Origin: Bdellovibrionales bacterium
GTDB taxonomy: Bacteria > Bdellovibrionota > Bdellovibrionia > Bdellovibrionales > JAUICD01
Direction: 5' to 3'
Length of the DNA: 64,000 nucleotides
Assembly: GCA_965262715.1 (NCBI GenBank)
Contig: OZ253553.1
Span: 896,001-960,000, forward strand
Shown: positions 1 to 11,711 of the stretch, in pieces
Layout of the letters: each line of letters starts with the position of its first letter
Position numbering within the stretch: the first letter of the stretch is position 1
Notes under the pieces: generated by a model
Seen by the model: the letters and a program-made list of their open reading frames with translations, nothing else
Database searches by the model: none
Told to the model about the DNA's origin: nothing
Program-made: the position numbers and the translations under genes

Positions 1-215
1 AAGCTAACAAATCAAGCTCCACTTGTCACAAAGGTCATGTCTTTCACCTCCATAAATAAGAGCTTCTTAGGTGTTTGTCTACATAGTCAGCAATATTCTA
101 AACTTTAGTCACCTATTAAGACATATTTCACTGTGAACTCTAAAATAACCATATTTAACACATTTGGTCCCTATATTGCTTCTCTAAATAATATAAGCAA
201 AAAAGGGGTTTTAAA

Positions 216-1535
216 ATGTGGACAACTTGTAGTGAAAAAATACATATCATTATATTTTTATTTTTTATTTTTATATTTGAAATATACCATTTACATTCTT
301 CATCAAGACCTTTAGAAAGTGATTTAAAGGCTCATCAAAAAAATCAGATTGTTAATTTTACACAAAATCGTGATCTACAAAACAAAACGTCTAAAGAAAC
401 CTCAGTTCTTATGAACGATTCTGCTATACAGAAGAATTGGGGACTCATGGGTACAAATGGGAAATCAGATATTAGAGCTGCACGTGCTTGGGAGATTTCC
501 AAAGGGAGTCGAGATGTAGTTGTGGCTATTATTGATACTGGTATTGACCTAAATCATGAAGACTTACGTAGTAACCTCTGGAAAAATAAAGGAGAAACAG
601 GGTTAGATAAGCAAGGAAGATCCAAAGAAACAAATAAAATTGATGATGACGGAAATGGATTCATAGATGATGTTCATGGCTGGAATTTTGTATCCAATAA
701 CAACAGTGTAAAGGATTATCATGGCCATGGAACACATGTTTCTGGAATCATAGGTGCTGAGGGTGGTAATAGTAAAGGTATTAGTGGTGTTTCACCTAAA
801 GTAAATCTCATGATATTAAAGTACTATGATCCTCGTTTTTCAAATACAGATAACCTTCAAAACACTATCAAAGCTATTCGATATGCAACAAAAATGGGCG
901 CAAAAATTATTAATTATTCAGGAGGAGGCACTCAGTATTCTCAATTAGAATTTGACGCTATCAAACAAGCAAGAAACAAAGGTATTCTTTTTGTTGCAGC
1001 TGCTGGTAATGAGAGCTCAAATTCCAATAAGTTTAACTATTACCCAGCAAATTATTCTTCAAAATTAAATAATATTATTTCTGTAACAGCTATCAATCGT
1101 TCAACAAAGATTTTGTCTTCTAGTAATTGGGGTCATTTGACAGTTCATATTGCAGCACCTGGAGAAAATATTTTTTCCACACTACCTCATAATAAATATG
1201 GACACATGACAGGAACATCACAGGCTACCGCTTTTGTTTCAGGAGTGGCTTCCTTATTGTATGCACAAAACAAGGAGTTTGATTATGTTGCTGTTAAAAA
1301 CCAAATTCTATCAACAGCTGATGAGAAAAAAAGCCTAAAATCTAAGACAATAACATCTGGAAAACTTAATGCATGGGCAGCACTAGCCATGCAATCATCT
1401 ATACCTGTCACAGGTGTTAAAGATGATTCAGGAACTCACAGTCTACCTCAATTTGAACAGCAGGTTGCTCAACGTGGTTTATTCCAATTAAAAAGCACTA
1501 TGAAGGATATTCTTAAACAAGCAGATAGAAAATAG
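216..1535 (+). CDS. Secreted subtilisin-family (S8) serine protease
   Basis: Catalytic motifs IIDTG, HGHGTHVSG, AAGN and GTSQA; hydrophobic N-terminus. Confidence 0.93.
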   Translation: MWTTCSEKIHIIIFLFFIFIFEIYHLHSSSRPLESDLKAHQKNQIVNFTQNRDLQNKTSKETSVLMNDSAIQKNWGLMGTNGKSDIRAARAWEISKGSRDVVVAIIDTGIDLNHEDLRSNLWKNKGETGLDKQGRSKETNKIDDDGNGFIDDVHGWNFVSNNNSVKDYHGHGTHVSGIIGAEGGNSKGISGVSPKVNLMILKYYDPRFSNTDNLQNTIKAIRYATKMGAKIINYSGGGTQYSQLEFDAIKQARNKGILFVAAAGNESSNSNKFNYYPANYSSKLNNIISVTAINRSTKILSSSNWGHLTVHIAAPGENIFSTLPHNKYGHMTGTSQATAFVSGVASLLYAQNKEFDYVAVKNQILSTADEKKSLKSKTITSGKLNAWAALAMQSSIPVTGVKDDSGTHSLPQFEQQVAQRGLFQLKSTMKDILKQADRK

Positions 1536-1721
1536 TTATTTGCTTTAAGGAACTGTTGCCATTTCAAGATAGAATATTGAAATTACAATATAAATTGTTT
1601 CTTATTAAGTCTTATTTATTTTAGAACCTGGCAATCTTGGCAATCCGTATCCGGCAACAAAATCTGTTTTGAATTTACTCATAATTTTTATCCCCCAAGT
1701 CCTTACAGGCTTTATAGCAAA

Positions 1722-4496
1722 TTAAAAAGCTCCAATAGAAAAGTGTAGACGTCCTAAACTTTCTTCTTCTCGGCGTTGCAATTTAAGACCATATTCTATA
1801 CTAACAGGGCCTACGGGTGTAGAGATGCGAAGGCCTAATCCCACAGAGCTTCTGTATTCATCTTTTTCATGCCTTTGAGCAATGTTTACAGCACCTCCAT
1901 CGTGAAATAAAACTCCTCTTAGTGCCTTAAAAATAGGAAATCTTAATTCTGATTTCAAAAGATAGTAATAACTGTAAGTTAAAATTGTTAAAGGATCTCT
2001 ATCACTTACCAAGTCAGCTCTGTTAGGAATAGATTTTAAAGGATAACCTCTGATAGAAGATTGTCCGCCTAACAAGACAACCCTAGATTCTGGAATCTCT
2101 GAGGTGTCTCTATTGAGGTTTGTGATGTAACCTCCTGTGATAGAGTTTGCTAAAACAAATTTAGAAAGTAAAGGGGTGTAAAGATTAAATTTTCCTAAAA
2201 GACTTAGGAAACGAATAGATTGTCTAGAACCTAATAGAGGATCTGCAAAATCTAAATTGAATGTCGAATAAGTTCCTTTTGTTGTATTAAATGGGTTATT
2301 TCTATAATCTAACTCTATTCCAGGTCCAATTGACCCAATAATACTTAGTGGGCCTATATTTTCTGATTGATCATTATATTGTCTTGCGATATCTAATTTC
2401 CATAGACTGTAAAATAGAGTTATCTTTTTATTCATTTCACGCTCTAGTAAAAAATGAATAGAAGTTTGATTTCTTATAAAACGTTCATTGTTTGAGAGTT
2501 GGGTATATGAGACATCCTTCAAGTGGTCAAAGTGAATTCGACCTCTAGTTCTAGAACCAAAGATAAAAGGTTCATAATAGCTAACACCAATATCATATTG
2601 CAAAAAGTCAAAGTCAGTGTATTTTAGTTCTAAATTTGTGTTGAAGCCACGAGCTGTTCCTCCTAAATTACGATAACCAAGGCCAACAATACCTCTTAGA
2701 GTTAAATAAGACTCACTATTAACACCAAGGACAAAACGCAAAAGACCAGGGTTTCGGTCTGTAACACGTACTAAAACAGTTCTTTCTTCCAATAAAGAGC
2801 CTGCTTCAGGTAAAGTGATGTCTATACTAGAAAAGAGTCCGGTTTGTTGTAAGCGGTAACGACTTTCTCTTATCAAGCCCTGTGTTAATATATCACCAGA
2901 TTGAAAAGCTAGCTCCCTCAAAATTACTTGTGACTTAGTGATTTGATTACCTTGAATTAAAATATTGGCAACCTTCACTTCAGGACCTTCATGAAGCTCA
3001 AATAAAATATCAGCTTGTGTGTCATTGTTATAATATTTGATCACATTGTTTGGATTATTGATCTTTATATCTAAGAAGCCTTTTTGTAAATAATAATCTT
3101 CAATAACATCAAACCCTTCTTCCAAAAGTGAAAGATTTAAAGGTTCTCCTGGGCTTAACTTTAAAACTTCAAGCAACTCTTTATCTGTTACTTGATCATT
3201 GCCTCTAAAATCTATATTCCTTATTTTTGTAAGCGGACCTTCATTGATGAAAATCTGAACTGTGACCTGGTTATTTTCGCTGTCAAATTTTTCAACTACA
3301 GACTGTACATTCACTTTTAAGTAACCTTGATTCTGTAGAGTAGTGATCAATTTTCTGATATTTTTAAGCATATTATCTTTGACATAAACTTCTGCTATTT
3401 TTGAAAAAAAAGAACGATCAGACCTTAAGATATCAACATATTTTTGATTATTTTGCCTGTTTGCGTCTATAACTTGAATTTCTTGTAAATAGAACAAATG
3501 TCCAGGCTTAATATTAAAGAAAATATGATGTTCAAGCTTACCTTGTAATATTTTTTCAGAGACATTTACTTGCACCTTAGGGTAACCCTCACTTTCATAA
3601 AACTTCTTAATCCTCTGAGAAAATGTCATAAGTGATCCAAAGCTCTCAGGTGTTTTTAAAGAGAGACTTTCTATCACATCTGCTCTACTAGGCGGTGCTT
3701 TTTTGTAAGGAATAGAAGGTATTTTTTCTTGATCTTCAACTTTAACATGAATGAAAAAATGATAAGCATTCTCAATTTTATAAACGATATTAACTTCTGT
3801 TTTATCATTATTAAATTGTAATTGAGATTCTAATAATCTGGCTCTAAAATATTGTTTTTTGAATAGAAAATCTTGTAGGTCATTTTTAATTTTTATAAAG
3901 TGGTCTTTTGTATAAGAATCTTTTCTATAAGATTTAGCTTTTTTGAAGAGAAGGTTCCTTATTTTTTGAGAAGCGATGAAATCTATAGATTTAATTTTAC
4001 AAATAAACCCTTCTACAATATCAATTTTAACATTTACTCCTTGATTTGTAGTGTTCTCAATATCTATATCTATTTTAATATTAAAATAACCTTTATCCCT
4101 GTATTGGTTTTTAATTTGTTCTAAAGCTGTAGTCAGTTGTTGTTTTGTGAAAATACTGCCAACAGATATGTTAAGTAGATTCAATATTTCGTCTTGAGAA
4201 AAAATTTGATGACCAGTGATTGAAATATCTTTGAGAGTTCTATTTTGTGAAGCCTTTATTTCCCAGTATATCTGGCCGTTTTTTTGAGTTTTTAATAGAT
4301 CGACAGTTTCATATTGTCCTAGTTTAAAAATTTCTTTGAGTAATCTATTAGCTTCTGATAAAGAAAGATTTTTCTTTAATAGGCCTTTCTTAGAAAGAGC
4401 TTGTTTGTCTTTTTGAGTTAACCCTACATAAGATGTAGGTGCGGAGATAACTTGAGGAGTGTATATAAGTATAAAAAGGAAAACCAATTGTCTCAT
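1722..4496 (-). CDS. Omp85 (BamA/TamA) family outer-membrane assembly protein with multiple POTRA domains
   Basis: Signal peptide; repeated POTRA-like segments (YxxxGY, I-x-EGP); IRGY motif; C-terminal Phe; adjacent to tamB-like gene. Confidence 0.9.
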   Translation of the reverse strand: MRQLVFLFILIYTPQVISAPTSYVGLTQKDKQALSKKGLLKKNLSLSEANRLLKEIFKLGQYETVDLLKTQKNGQIYWEIKASQNRTLKDISITGHQIFSQDEILNLLNISVGSIFTKQQLTTALEQIKNQYRDKGYFNIKIDIDIENTTNQGVNVKIDIVEGFICKIKSIDFIASQKIRNLLFKKAKSYRKDSYTKDHFIKIKNDLQDFLFKKQYFRARLLESQLQFNNDKTEVNIVYKIENAYHFFIHVKVEDQEKIPSIPYKKAPPSRADVIESLSLKTPESFGSLMTFSQRIKKFYESEGYPKVQVNVSEKILQGKLEHHIFFNIKPGHLFYLQEIQVIDANRQNNQKYVDILRSDRSFFSKIAEVYVKDNMLKNIRKLITTLQNQGYLKVNVQSVVEKFDSENNQVTVQIFINEGPLTKIRNIDFRGNDQVTDKELLEVLKLSPGEPLNLSLLEEGFDVIEDYYLQKGFLDIKINNPNNVIKYYNNDTQADILFELHEGPEVKVANILIQGNQITKSQVILRELAFQSGDILTQGLIRESRYRLQQTGLFSSIDITLPEAGSLLEERTVLVRVTDRNPGLLRFVLGVNSESYLTLRGIVGLGYRNLGGTARGFNTNLELKYTDFDFLQYDIGVSYYEPFIFGSRTRGRIHFDHLKDVSYTQLSNNERFIRNQTSIHFLLEREMNKKITLFYSLWKLDIARQYNDQSENIGPLSIIGSIGPGIELDYRNNPFNTTKGTYSTFNLDFADPLLGSRQSIRFLSLLGKFNLYTPLLSKFVLANSITGGYITNLNRDTSEIPESRVVLLGGQSSIRGYPLKSIPNRADLVSDRDPLTILTYSYYYLLKSELRFPIFKALRGVLFHDGGAVNIAQRHEKDEYRSSVGLGLRISTPVGPVSIEYGLKLQRREEESLGRLHFSIGAF

Positions 4497-7400
4497 TTAA
4501 ATTCTATTTCATACTTTAGATCTAGTCCTAAAACATTCTCAGTTTCAATATCAACATCTGAGCTGTCAGCTTGACTTCCTGATTTAGTGGAATGTCTCTC
4601 TCTATTTTCCCACATGCCTAAAACAGAAAGATTATCATCTAATTGGTATTCTATTTTTACATCTGATGTAGGAGACTCTCTAACTGGGTCTAAATTACTA
4701 GGATCAGAATCTGCATTTGACCCCAAACGACGACTTATGCTTGTACTTAATTGGGAACCCCATTGCTTTCTCACAGTAACTTTAGGCCTATCTTCAAAAT
4801 CTTCTGATGCATCTCTTGTGGATGAAAAGTTCATTTCAAGTCCCGTTTTATCTTTTAAGACTTTTCCTATGCCTATATAATTAAGAGCCTGCTGTCCTAC
4901 CTGTTCTTCGGAAGATAAATCCTCTTGCTCTTCACTGGTAAAACCTAAAGCAATAAGGTTAATGATATCTCTTTCTGGTAGAGCTGGATTGCTTTCAAAA
5001 TGCATCATATGATCCTTACTTGTTCCTTGTATTGATATATTTACATCATATTCTTTGACTTGCGCGCTTGCAACCAAAGAGATGATAGGATCAATTTCCT
5101 GTCTATTTGGAAAGCGTAAACTAGCCTTTGTGATTCTAAATGGTGTATCCCTGAATTTTAAAATGCTATCTTTTTTGAAATGAATTTCTCCTAAGAAGTA
5201 AGGGTTATTAATTGGTCCAAGCAGTCTTAGATCACCAAAAAAGTTTCCTTCAATAAATGAATTCGAAACATAAGCATTTGATCTAAAGAATGTGAGAATA
5301 TCCCATTCAATACTAGAAAACCTTTTTTTCAATAAAGATTCCGGCAAAAGATTGGAATAACGGATTGAAGAATTATTCTCTTCATCTTCAAGCTCTTTCT
5401 CAACTCGAGCTGTGTCAATAGTATAATTTCCTTTAAAAAGGAAAGGAAACCAAGACCTAGTTATTTCTATTTGTCCATTCCCCCTAGTCACCACATTATC
5501 AGGAATATGTAGCTGTATATCTCTTGCTTTTGCTGAAATTTTTGTTGGAAAGTTTTTCCAGCCTTCAATAGTCACTCGACCATTAGCTGTGACATTTCCT
5601 GTAGTTAAATCAGTGTAAAAATCAGTCAAAATAATATCCTTTTCAGAAAATAATACCTCTATCTTGAGGTTTTCAAAAGGATGAGGGAATTCCTTCATTT
5701 TTGCATAACCATCTCTGATGTAAGCGGAACCCATCATTTGAAGCCTATTAGTGGATCCTCTAAGGTCATAGTTGAGTTCTAATGCCCCTCTTAATTCCTC
5801 CAAAAAAGGGGTTAAAAAAGCCATCATATAAGTGTCAATTTTTCCATTAAATGATAAATTAAGATTGTTTTTTTGGGAGTCTTTAGCCTCTATTTTGAAT
5901 TGTGTATTATTACCAGTAAGAATGAGATCACTTATATTCATCTTGCCATTTTCAAATTGAATAGAAGAAGGTTTTCTTAAGTATAGGTCACTTTGCCCTC
6001 TTTGTAAGATAAACTCATCAAGTTGAATGAATCCATCTGCTTGCCAAATCCAATCTGATAGAGAAGATATGTCTATTTTACCGGATATGGATGTTTCATA
6101 CTCTTCTATCAAATCTTCTTGCTTAAAAAGAGCAAAAGCAGGAGAAAAGTCCCACTTATTCATGCTTAGCTTAATAAATAAAGGAGATCTTGAGTTTAAT
6201 GGAATTAATGTTTCTAATGAGAGTGTTTGGTTTTCTAGGACAGTATTTACATAAACACCTTCAGAGGACCATTCGATATCATAACGAGGCATTGAGATAG
6301 GAACATCTGAAATACGAAAACCTTCTATTTGTCCTGTTAATTTAATTTCTGGTGTAAAAATATGGCCTTGCAAAGATATATTAAAGTTATTTTGTCCAAG
6401 AATATTGTAACCAAAGTTTCTTAAAAACTCGCTATCTACTAAGTAAAAGCGAGATCCTTTAACTTGAATATCTATTTGGCCATTGGGATGCCCTACGCCC
6501 GATGAGACAAAAGCTCGACCTAGACCTTTATGGACTTCAACTTGTTTTGTTTCAAATTCACCGTCACGTGATCTAATATGAAAAATTAATTTATCAAAGG
6601 ATTCTTTAGAAATAGTTCCTCTTTGTGTATCAATATTCATATCATAACTAAGACGATTGAATTTTAGAGGTCCCCAAACCTTCAGATCAACCTTTCCTAG
6701 AGCTTGTACTTCTAATGGAAAAAAATACTTTCTTTTTATAAGCTGCCTCAAATCAGAAAGTTCTAAATGATCTGAATTCAACTGGGCATTGATTTTAGAT
6801 GATGAAAGATCAATATCTAGCTTCCCTTGATATTCTGTGTTGCCAAAAATTCCACTCGTCTTTTTAAAAGATAAAATACTTTTTTTATATTCTAGAAGAG
6901 ATTCAAAATGTCCTACTCCATAGTTTTCAAACCAGATATCCTTGGCTTTTAAATTCATTGATATGGTCGCAAATTGAGATGTTCCTTTTGTTGAACCTTC
7001 TAGAGCTGTGCTGCCTTCTATTTTTAATTCCGATAGGGATTCAATATCTAGAAAATTAAATTGTGGAGTGGAAAAGTTAAATAAAAATCCTGATTTGTAA
7101 TTCACATGTCCATTAACAACACCTTTAGTTTTACCAATTGTGAGGTTTGAATTAATTGTCACCTGGTATTTATCTATACTCATCTCTCCTTCGATTTTAC
7201 CACTTTGAAAAGCAACAATTCTTTTTTCACTTTTAGGTTTATGAATGACAAAATCACTAAGCTCTATATTTTCAGACTGACAATGGATTTGCACTTCAGG
7301 TAGGAAATGGCCTTCGCAAGGTAACTTTCCTCTAACATTTAATTTAAGATAAGGAACTTTTACTTGAAAATTTGCTAAAAGCTTATCTAGTTCTAGAGAG

Positions 7401-8506
7401 TCAATATCTAGTGATGTTTGAAAAAAGAGGTCCTCATCGAAGTGAATCACTGTTTGTTCAAAATCTATACGATTCGCTTGATTTATTACTGCAAGTTTTT
7501 TAGATACAAATTGGTCATTCTGAAGGGAGCCTTCTAGTTCAACTTTTCCAAAATAAAATCGTTTAAACCGAAGTCTTTGAGCAGCTGTTTTAAGTTTGAC
7601 ATTTAAGTTTCTGTTTTTCTTCTTTATAAAATGAGCTGAAACATCTAAGGTTCCATTTATTTGTTTTAATTGCTCATTTGGATAGAAAGGTAATATCCAG
7701 TTTTGCGCTGTTTTTAAATTAAAATGAGAACGCCAATGGAATTGGTATTCTCTCTGACAATCATTCAATCTTTTTTGAAATGAACAATGTCCGCTAAAAA
7801 AGTGTAAGTAGTCAGAATGCTTTGCCATATACAAGCTAGAAACAAATAAATCATCTCTACTGATTTGTAAATTTGTTTTGAATTCCCAGTTAGACTCCAT
7901 TTTAGACATATCTTCTGTTTGGTAAGCAAAATTTGGGCTTTTAATAAATAAAGACCATTTTTCATTATCATAACTTAGTCTTAAAAAAAGATCTTTCCAC
8001 TGAATAAATCTTTTTAGATGGTGTATCTTGAGCTGTGTTTTTTCAATGACAATGGAAGAAATTGGTAAGTCTAAATATTTAAAGAAAGTTTCTTTATCTA
8101 AATCTAAAGACATAGAGCCAGATTTACTTTTGTTACTAAATATCTTAGAAGCTTGATGATGTCCAACATCAAATGTAAGACTTGTTTCTTGAACTCTTAA
8201 CTCTTTTATTAAAAAATAACCCGAAAAAAAAGCAGGAATATTTAAGGAAACATTTAACTTTTTAACTTTAAAGTCAGGTAGATGACGTTTCAGTTCCTTT
8301 TGAGTCTTAATTTCAATGTTATATAAACTGATACTTAAAGGGAAAATATTGAAATCAATATCTTGGGGTATAATATGTAATTTTTGATTTTTGGTTTCTG
8401 TGATGATTTGATGCTTTAACCAATCTTTAACATTTTTTTGATGGTAAGATATAACAAACCCCAAAAGCCCAAAAAATATCAATAAAAGAAAGTAAAAATA
8501 TTTCAA
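4493..8506 (-). CDS. tamB: TamB/AsmA-like translocation and assembly module protein
   Basis: 1337 aa, N-terminal TM anchor, beta-rich, DUF490-like C-terminus (SNPALPERDIINLI); 4-nt overlap with the Omp85 gene. Confidence 0.8.
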   Translation of the reverse strand: MKYFYFLLLIFFGLLGFVISYHQKNVKDWLKHQIITETKNQKLHIIPQDIDFNIFPLSISLYNIEIKTQKELKRHLPDFKVKKLNVSLNIPAFFSGYFLIKELRVQETSLTFDVGHHQASKIFSNKSKSGSMSLDLDKETFFKYLDLPISSIVIEKTQLKIHHLKRFIQWKDLFLRLSYDNEKWSLFIKSPNFAYQTEDMSKMESNWEFKTNLQISRDDLFVSSLYMAKHSDYLHFFSGHCSFQKRLNDCQREYQFHWRSHFNLKTAQNWILPFYPNEQLKQINGTLDVSAHFIKKKNRNLNVKLKTAAQRLRFKRFYFGKVELEGSLQNDQFVSKKLAVINQANRIDFEQTVIHFDEDLFFQTSLDIDSLELDKLLANFQVKVPYLKLNVRGKLPCEGHFLPEVQIHCQSENIELSDFVIHKPKSEKRIVAFQSGKIEGEMSIDKYQVTINSNLTIGKTKGVVNGHVNYKSGFLFNFSTPQFNFLDIESLSELKIEGSTALEGSTKGTSQFATISMNLKAKDIWFENYGVGHFESLLEYKKSILSFKKTSGIFGNTEYQGKLDIDLSSSKINAQLNSDHLELSDLRQLIKRKYFFPLEVQALGKVDLKVWGPLKFNRLSYDMNIDTQRGTISKESFDKLIFHIRSRDGEFETKQVEVHKGLGRAFVSSGVGHPNGQIDIQVKGSRFYLVDSEFLRNFGYNILGQNNFNISLQGHIFTPEIKLTGQIEGFRISDVPISMPRYDIEWSSEGVYVNTVLENQTLSLETLIPLNSRSPLFIKLSMNKWDFSPAFALFKQEDLIEEYETSISGKIDISSLSDWIWQADGFIQLDEFILQRGQSDLYLRKPSSIQFENGKMNISDLILTGNNTQFKIEAKDSQKNNLNLSFNGKIDTYMMAFLTPFLEELRGALELNYDLRGSTNRLQMMGSAYIRDGYAKMKEFPHPFENLKIEVLFSEKDIILTDFYTDLTTGNVTANGRVTIEGWKNFPTKISAKARDIQLHIPDNVVTRGNGQIEITRSWFPFLFKGNYTIDTARVEKELEDEENNSSIRYSNLLPESLLKKRFSSIEWDILTFFRSNAYVSNSFIEGNFFGDLRLLGPINNPYFLGEIHFKKDSILKFRDTPFRITKASLRFPNRQEIDPIISLVASAQVKEYDVNISIQGTSKDHMMHFESNPALPERDIINLIALGFTSEEQEDLSSEEQVGQQALNYIGIGKVLKDKTGLEMNFSSTRDASEDFEDRPKVTVRKQWGSQLSTSISRRLGSNADSDPSNLDPVRESPTSDVKIEYQLDDNLSVLGMWENRERHSTKSGSQADSSDVDIETENVLGLDLKYEIEFK

Positions 8507-9732
8507 TTTTTAATAAGCTCCTTCCATTTTGATAATATCAAATCAGCGCAGCGAAAGTGAGGTTTTTGTTTTACAATTTCAGACATAAGTTCAATAGCTT
8601 CATGGTTTTTGTTCAGTCCCCATAAAGCTTTTGCTTTAAAGTAGATAAGGGATAAGATAATATCTGGATCTTCATTCATGTATTGTTTCAGCATTTTATC
8701 TACATGTTCTAAGAGTTCTAAGTAATATTTATGAGCAGAGTAAAGTTCTAGTTTTAAGGAGTCAGAATATTTATTATTTGAATTTTTTCTGGAAGACTTT
8801 GAGGATATGAAGTATTTATCATATTGCTCTAAAGATTGAAGTGTTTCTTCATAAACTCCCATCATAAAAAGGCTCACAGCTAAATCATAAGCATAGTAAG
8901 GTTGTGTTCTAGCTTGTACAAGAAATGAAGGTAAAACTTCCTTTTTTGCTTTTTTTAACACACTTTGAAATTCATCTTCTACTTGTTGGAAGATGCGATG
9001 GATTAAAAATTCTTCCTTAAGTCGAAGTCCTAACTCTATCTGAGTCTTATTTTGAGATATATTTTTTACTTTCTCATTCTCATCTATTTCTTCATCTTCA
9101 TACTTTTCATTAGTTGTGACTTGGGCACCCATTTGAGTGTCTTGTAACTCTTCTTGTACATTATTTATAGTTTTTATATCAGTGATTTGGTTGGTTTTGT
9201 CATAGGCTTGGTCGTTATAATACGTGTCAGTTATATTTACCTGTAAGGTTTTTGCTTGAGAGATTTGAGAGGCTGTCATCTCTGAGGCAACCTTTTTTCT
9301 AGATATACCACCCCAAAGTTCTGTTAGATGAGATTGGACATCCTTCAATTGGTCAGTCCAATTGTTTTCAATATGAGCATCTAAAAGGCTCTCATTATGA
9401 CACATAAAGGATAAAAGTTGTAATTGGCGTATTTCTTCTAATCCAAAAAAAAATAAATCTACAACTTCTTGATCTATGTAGCTATCAAATTTTTTTAACA
9501 CGTAACCAATATCTTGCCATGGAATTTCTTGATATTTTAGTAAACGTTGAGCTACATGGTCACATAGGCTTGCATAAAATCTGCACTGAATAAGAAATTG
9601 AGCGATTGCATGAGCATTGCTATCATTATGCTGGATAGAAGACCAGCGTCGGATAAGAGTATCGGCAATAAATGTTTCTTCCGTCTCAGAAAGCAACATA
9701 TCTTGAATTTCAATCTCTATTTGATTATCCAC
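8503..9732 (-). CDS. Hypothetical protein with TPR-like C-terminus
   Basis: 409-aa ORF coupled to tamB; helical C-terminus YFKAKALWGL. Confidence 0.6.
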   Translation of the reverse strand: MDNQIEIEIQDMLLSETEETFIADTLIRRWSSIQHNDSNAHAIAQFLIQCRFYASLCDHVAQRLLKYQEIPWQDIGYVLKKFDSYIDQEVVDLFFFGLEEIRQLQLLSFMCHNESLLDAHIENNWTDQLKDVQSHLTELWGGISRKKVASEMTASQISQAKTLQVNITDTYYNDQAYDKTNQITDIKTINNVQEELQDTQMGAQVTTNEKYEDEEIDENEKVKNISQNKTQIELGLRLKEEFLIHRIFQQVEDEFQSVLKKAKKEVLPSFLVQARTQPYYAYDLAVSLFMMGVYEETLQSLEQYDKYFISSKSSRKNSNNKYSDSLKLELYSAHKYYLELLEHVDKMLKQYMNEDPDIILSLIYFKAKALWGLNKNHEAIELMSEIVKQKPHFRCADLILSKWKELIKN

Positions 9733-10052
9733 AATCTCTCCAATCTAATAAAAATGCTAAATATTCATGATATTAAAAAAGTTGTAAAGTACTCCAAATT
9801 GCCTTATTTATAGTAAATAGAAAGTATTTTTAATATCGTCTTTAAACATAAGCCTCTATACTTTATTTTAACCAAGTAATACCCAAAAGTGAACCAATAG
9901 TTATTACAAGGTGCAAAATATCTATTTAAATCTAAAGTAGTATTTTCTCATTCTTTGATTTAATCCTGTTACCACTCTATACTTGACTTATTCTAAAAAC
10001 TAGATCACCTATAACAGTTCATAAAAAAAATGAAACAACCGATTTATTAAGT

Positions 10053-11000
10053 ATGGGGTATTTTAAAAAAAGAAAATCATTTTTTTTCTATTTATCTTTG
10101 TCATTGTTTTTTCATGGGTTTTTTGTTTATTTGATTTACTTAACTCCACAATATAAAACTCCAAAACCAGATAGATCCCCTGCATCCTTGATTGCAGTGA
10201 CTATTATGGACAATAAAAACAAGGATCCTCTTAAAGAGAATGCTGCAAAGCAAATTGTAGAGCAAAACCCAGATCTAAGCTATATTCAAAAGTCACCTAA
10301 CAAAAATGCAAAATTTTTAAGTAAGTATCATCAAAAAGTACTTAAAGAAACCGCCTCTAAAAATCCCATCTCTGTAAATAAAGACTCCTCTTTAAAAAAC
10401 ATCCCCAGAAGTGAATTAACACAAAAAGCATCAAAACAAGAGACAGCTATCAATTCTCAAAAAGAAGGTTTATTGCCAAACCTATCTGTGGCCGATCTTA
10501 TACCAAAAACAGACTGGAATCAATATATGAATGTCAAAAAAACAGACACTCAGAAAAAATTATCAGAAAATACTATTAACTTTGAGGATCAAGTCAGTTT
10601 AGGGTTTCAATCCAACGATTATTTGAAGGATATAGAGGAAGGACAGCAAACCTTATTAAATACTAGAGCTTTTAAATTTTATACTTATTATAGTCGGATC
10701 AAACAGCAAGTACAGGCATCATGGAAGTTAATGATAAAAAAAGAAGTAAGAAAACTCTTACTTCAGCAAAGGGAAAGTATTTTAGGAGCTGAACAGAAAA
10801 CAAGTCTGCTTATTACTCTTGATCGTTTTGGAGCTTTAGTGAGTGTTCAAGTCTTAAAAAAATCACATCTTGCTACTTTAGATCATATCGCTGTAAAAAG
10901 CTTCCAACTTACAGCTCCTTTTCCGCATCCTCCAAAAAGCCTTATAGGGGAAAAAGAATTCCTTCAAATTCGTTGGGATTTTATTTTGGAAAATGTATAA
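10053..11000 (+). CDS. TonB C-terminal domain protein (energy transducer TonB family)
   Basis: N-terminal TM with SxxxH; C-terminal TonB-C motif (G.L..V...KKS...LD..A......APFPHPP). Confidence 0.8.
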   Translation: MGYFKKRKSFFFYLSLSLFFHGFFVYLIYLTPQYKTPKPDRSPASLIAVTIMDNKNKDPLKENAAKQIVEQNPDLSYIQKSPNKNAKFLSKYHQKVLKETASKNPISVNKDSSLKNIPRSELTQKASKQETAINSQKEGLLPNLSVADLIPKTDWNQYMNVKKTDTQKKLSENTINFEDQVSLGFQSNDYLKDIEEGQQTLLNTRAFKFYTYYSRIKQQVQASWKLMIKKEVRKLLLQQRESILGAEQKTSLLITLDRFGALVSVQVLKKSHLATLDHIAVKSFQLTAPFPHPPKSLIGEKEFLQIRWDFILENV

Positions 11001-11021
11001 AGAATGCTTTTTCTTGAAGTA

Positions 11022-11711
11022 TCAATAGGCTCCGGATTGAATCAGGAGAAACTTTTTATATAAGATCACTGCCGCCCAAACAAATGAAAGACAAATAAAA
11101 AAAATTCCTAAATAACCTACAAAAAAGGCTATTTTATCATGGTACTGCATGCTATCAAACTTTGTTAAAAGATAGTGCCAATCATGAACATCTGGATTTT
11201 CCTGTCCTATTATTCCTCCAAGTAGAGGCAGTTTTTTATCCCATGCATCATAAATGTAAGGGGCAACGTCTAAAAAGTTGTACCCAATCCACCACAAGCC
11301 AACTGAAGCTCCAAAATTATCTCTCTGCCTCAAAAACTGAATCATGACAGCCGAGGGCATAAGGCATTGCATAAGACTTCCTCCAAAGGCATGCATGGTA
11401 TTTCCTAGAGGTCTAAAAATCCAATGTCCTGCTTCATGGAAGATCAAATTGACATTATGGAGGAAGTAGTCCGTCATGGAATTATTATAAGGGTCTTTAT
11501 TAAAATCTATCTCGTCAAAAAAGCTAGTACCTATAAAAAACAAGGCGATGTAGAGTAAACAGTGAAAAGAAAAAGCAAGAGAACCAACTTCTCTCTCTTC
11601 TACAAAGAATACCCAATTAAAAAAGCTTTGAATAAAGCTCTCTTGTTTTTTAAAAACCTCTTGTTTCTTAAGAGCAGGTGTTATTTTGTATATTCTTCGT
11701 CTTAATGCCAC
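11022..11711 (-). CDS. Membrane protein with HExxH zinc-metalloprotease-like motif (duplicate copy 1)
   Basis: LIFHEAGH and HDW motifs, several TM segments; identical to 14605..15294. Confidence 0.7.
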   Translation of the reverse strand: MALRRRIYKITPALKKQEVFKKQESFIQSFFNWVFFVEEREVGSLAFSFHCLLYIALFFIGTSFFDEIDFNKDPYNNSMTDYFLHNVNLIFHEAGHWIFRPLGNTMHAFGGSLMQCLMPSAVMIQFLRQRDNFGASVGLWWIGYNFLDVAPYIYDAWDKKLPLLGGIIGQENPDVHDWHYLLTKFDSMQYHDKIAFFVGYLGIFFICLSFVWAAVILYKKFLLIQSGAY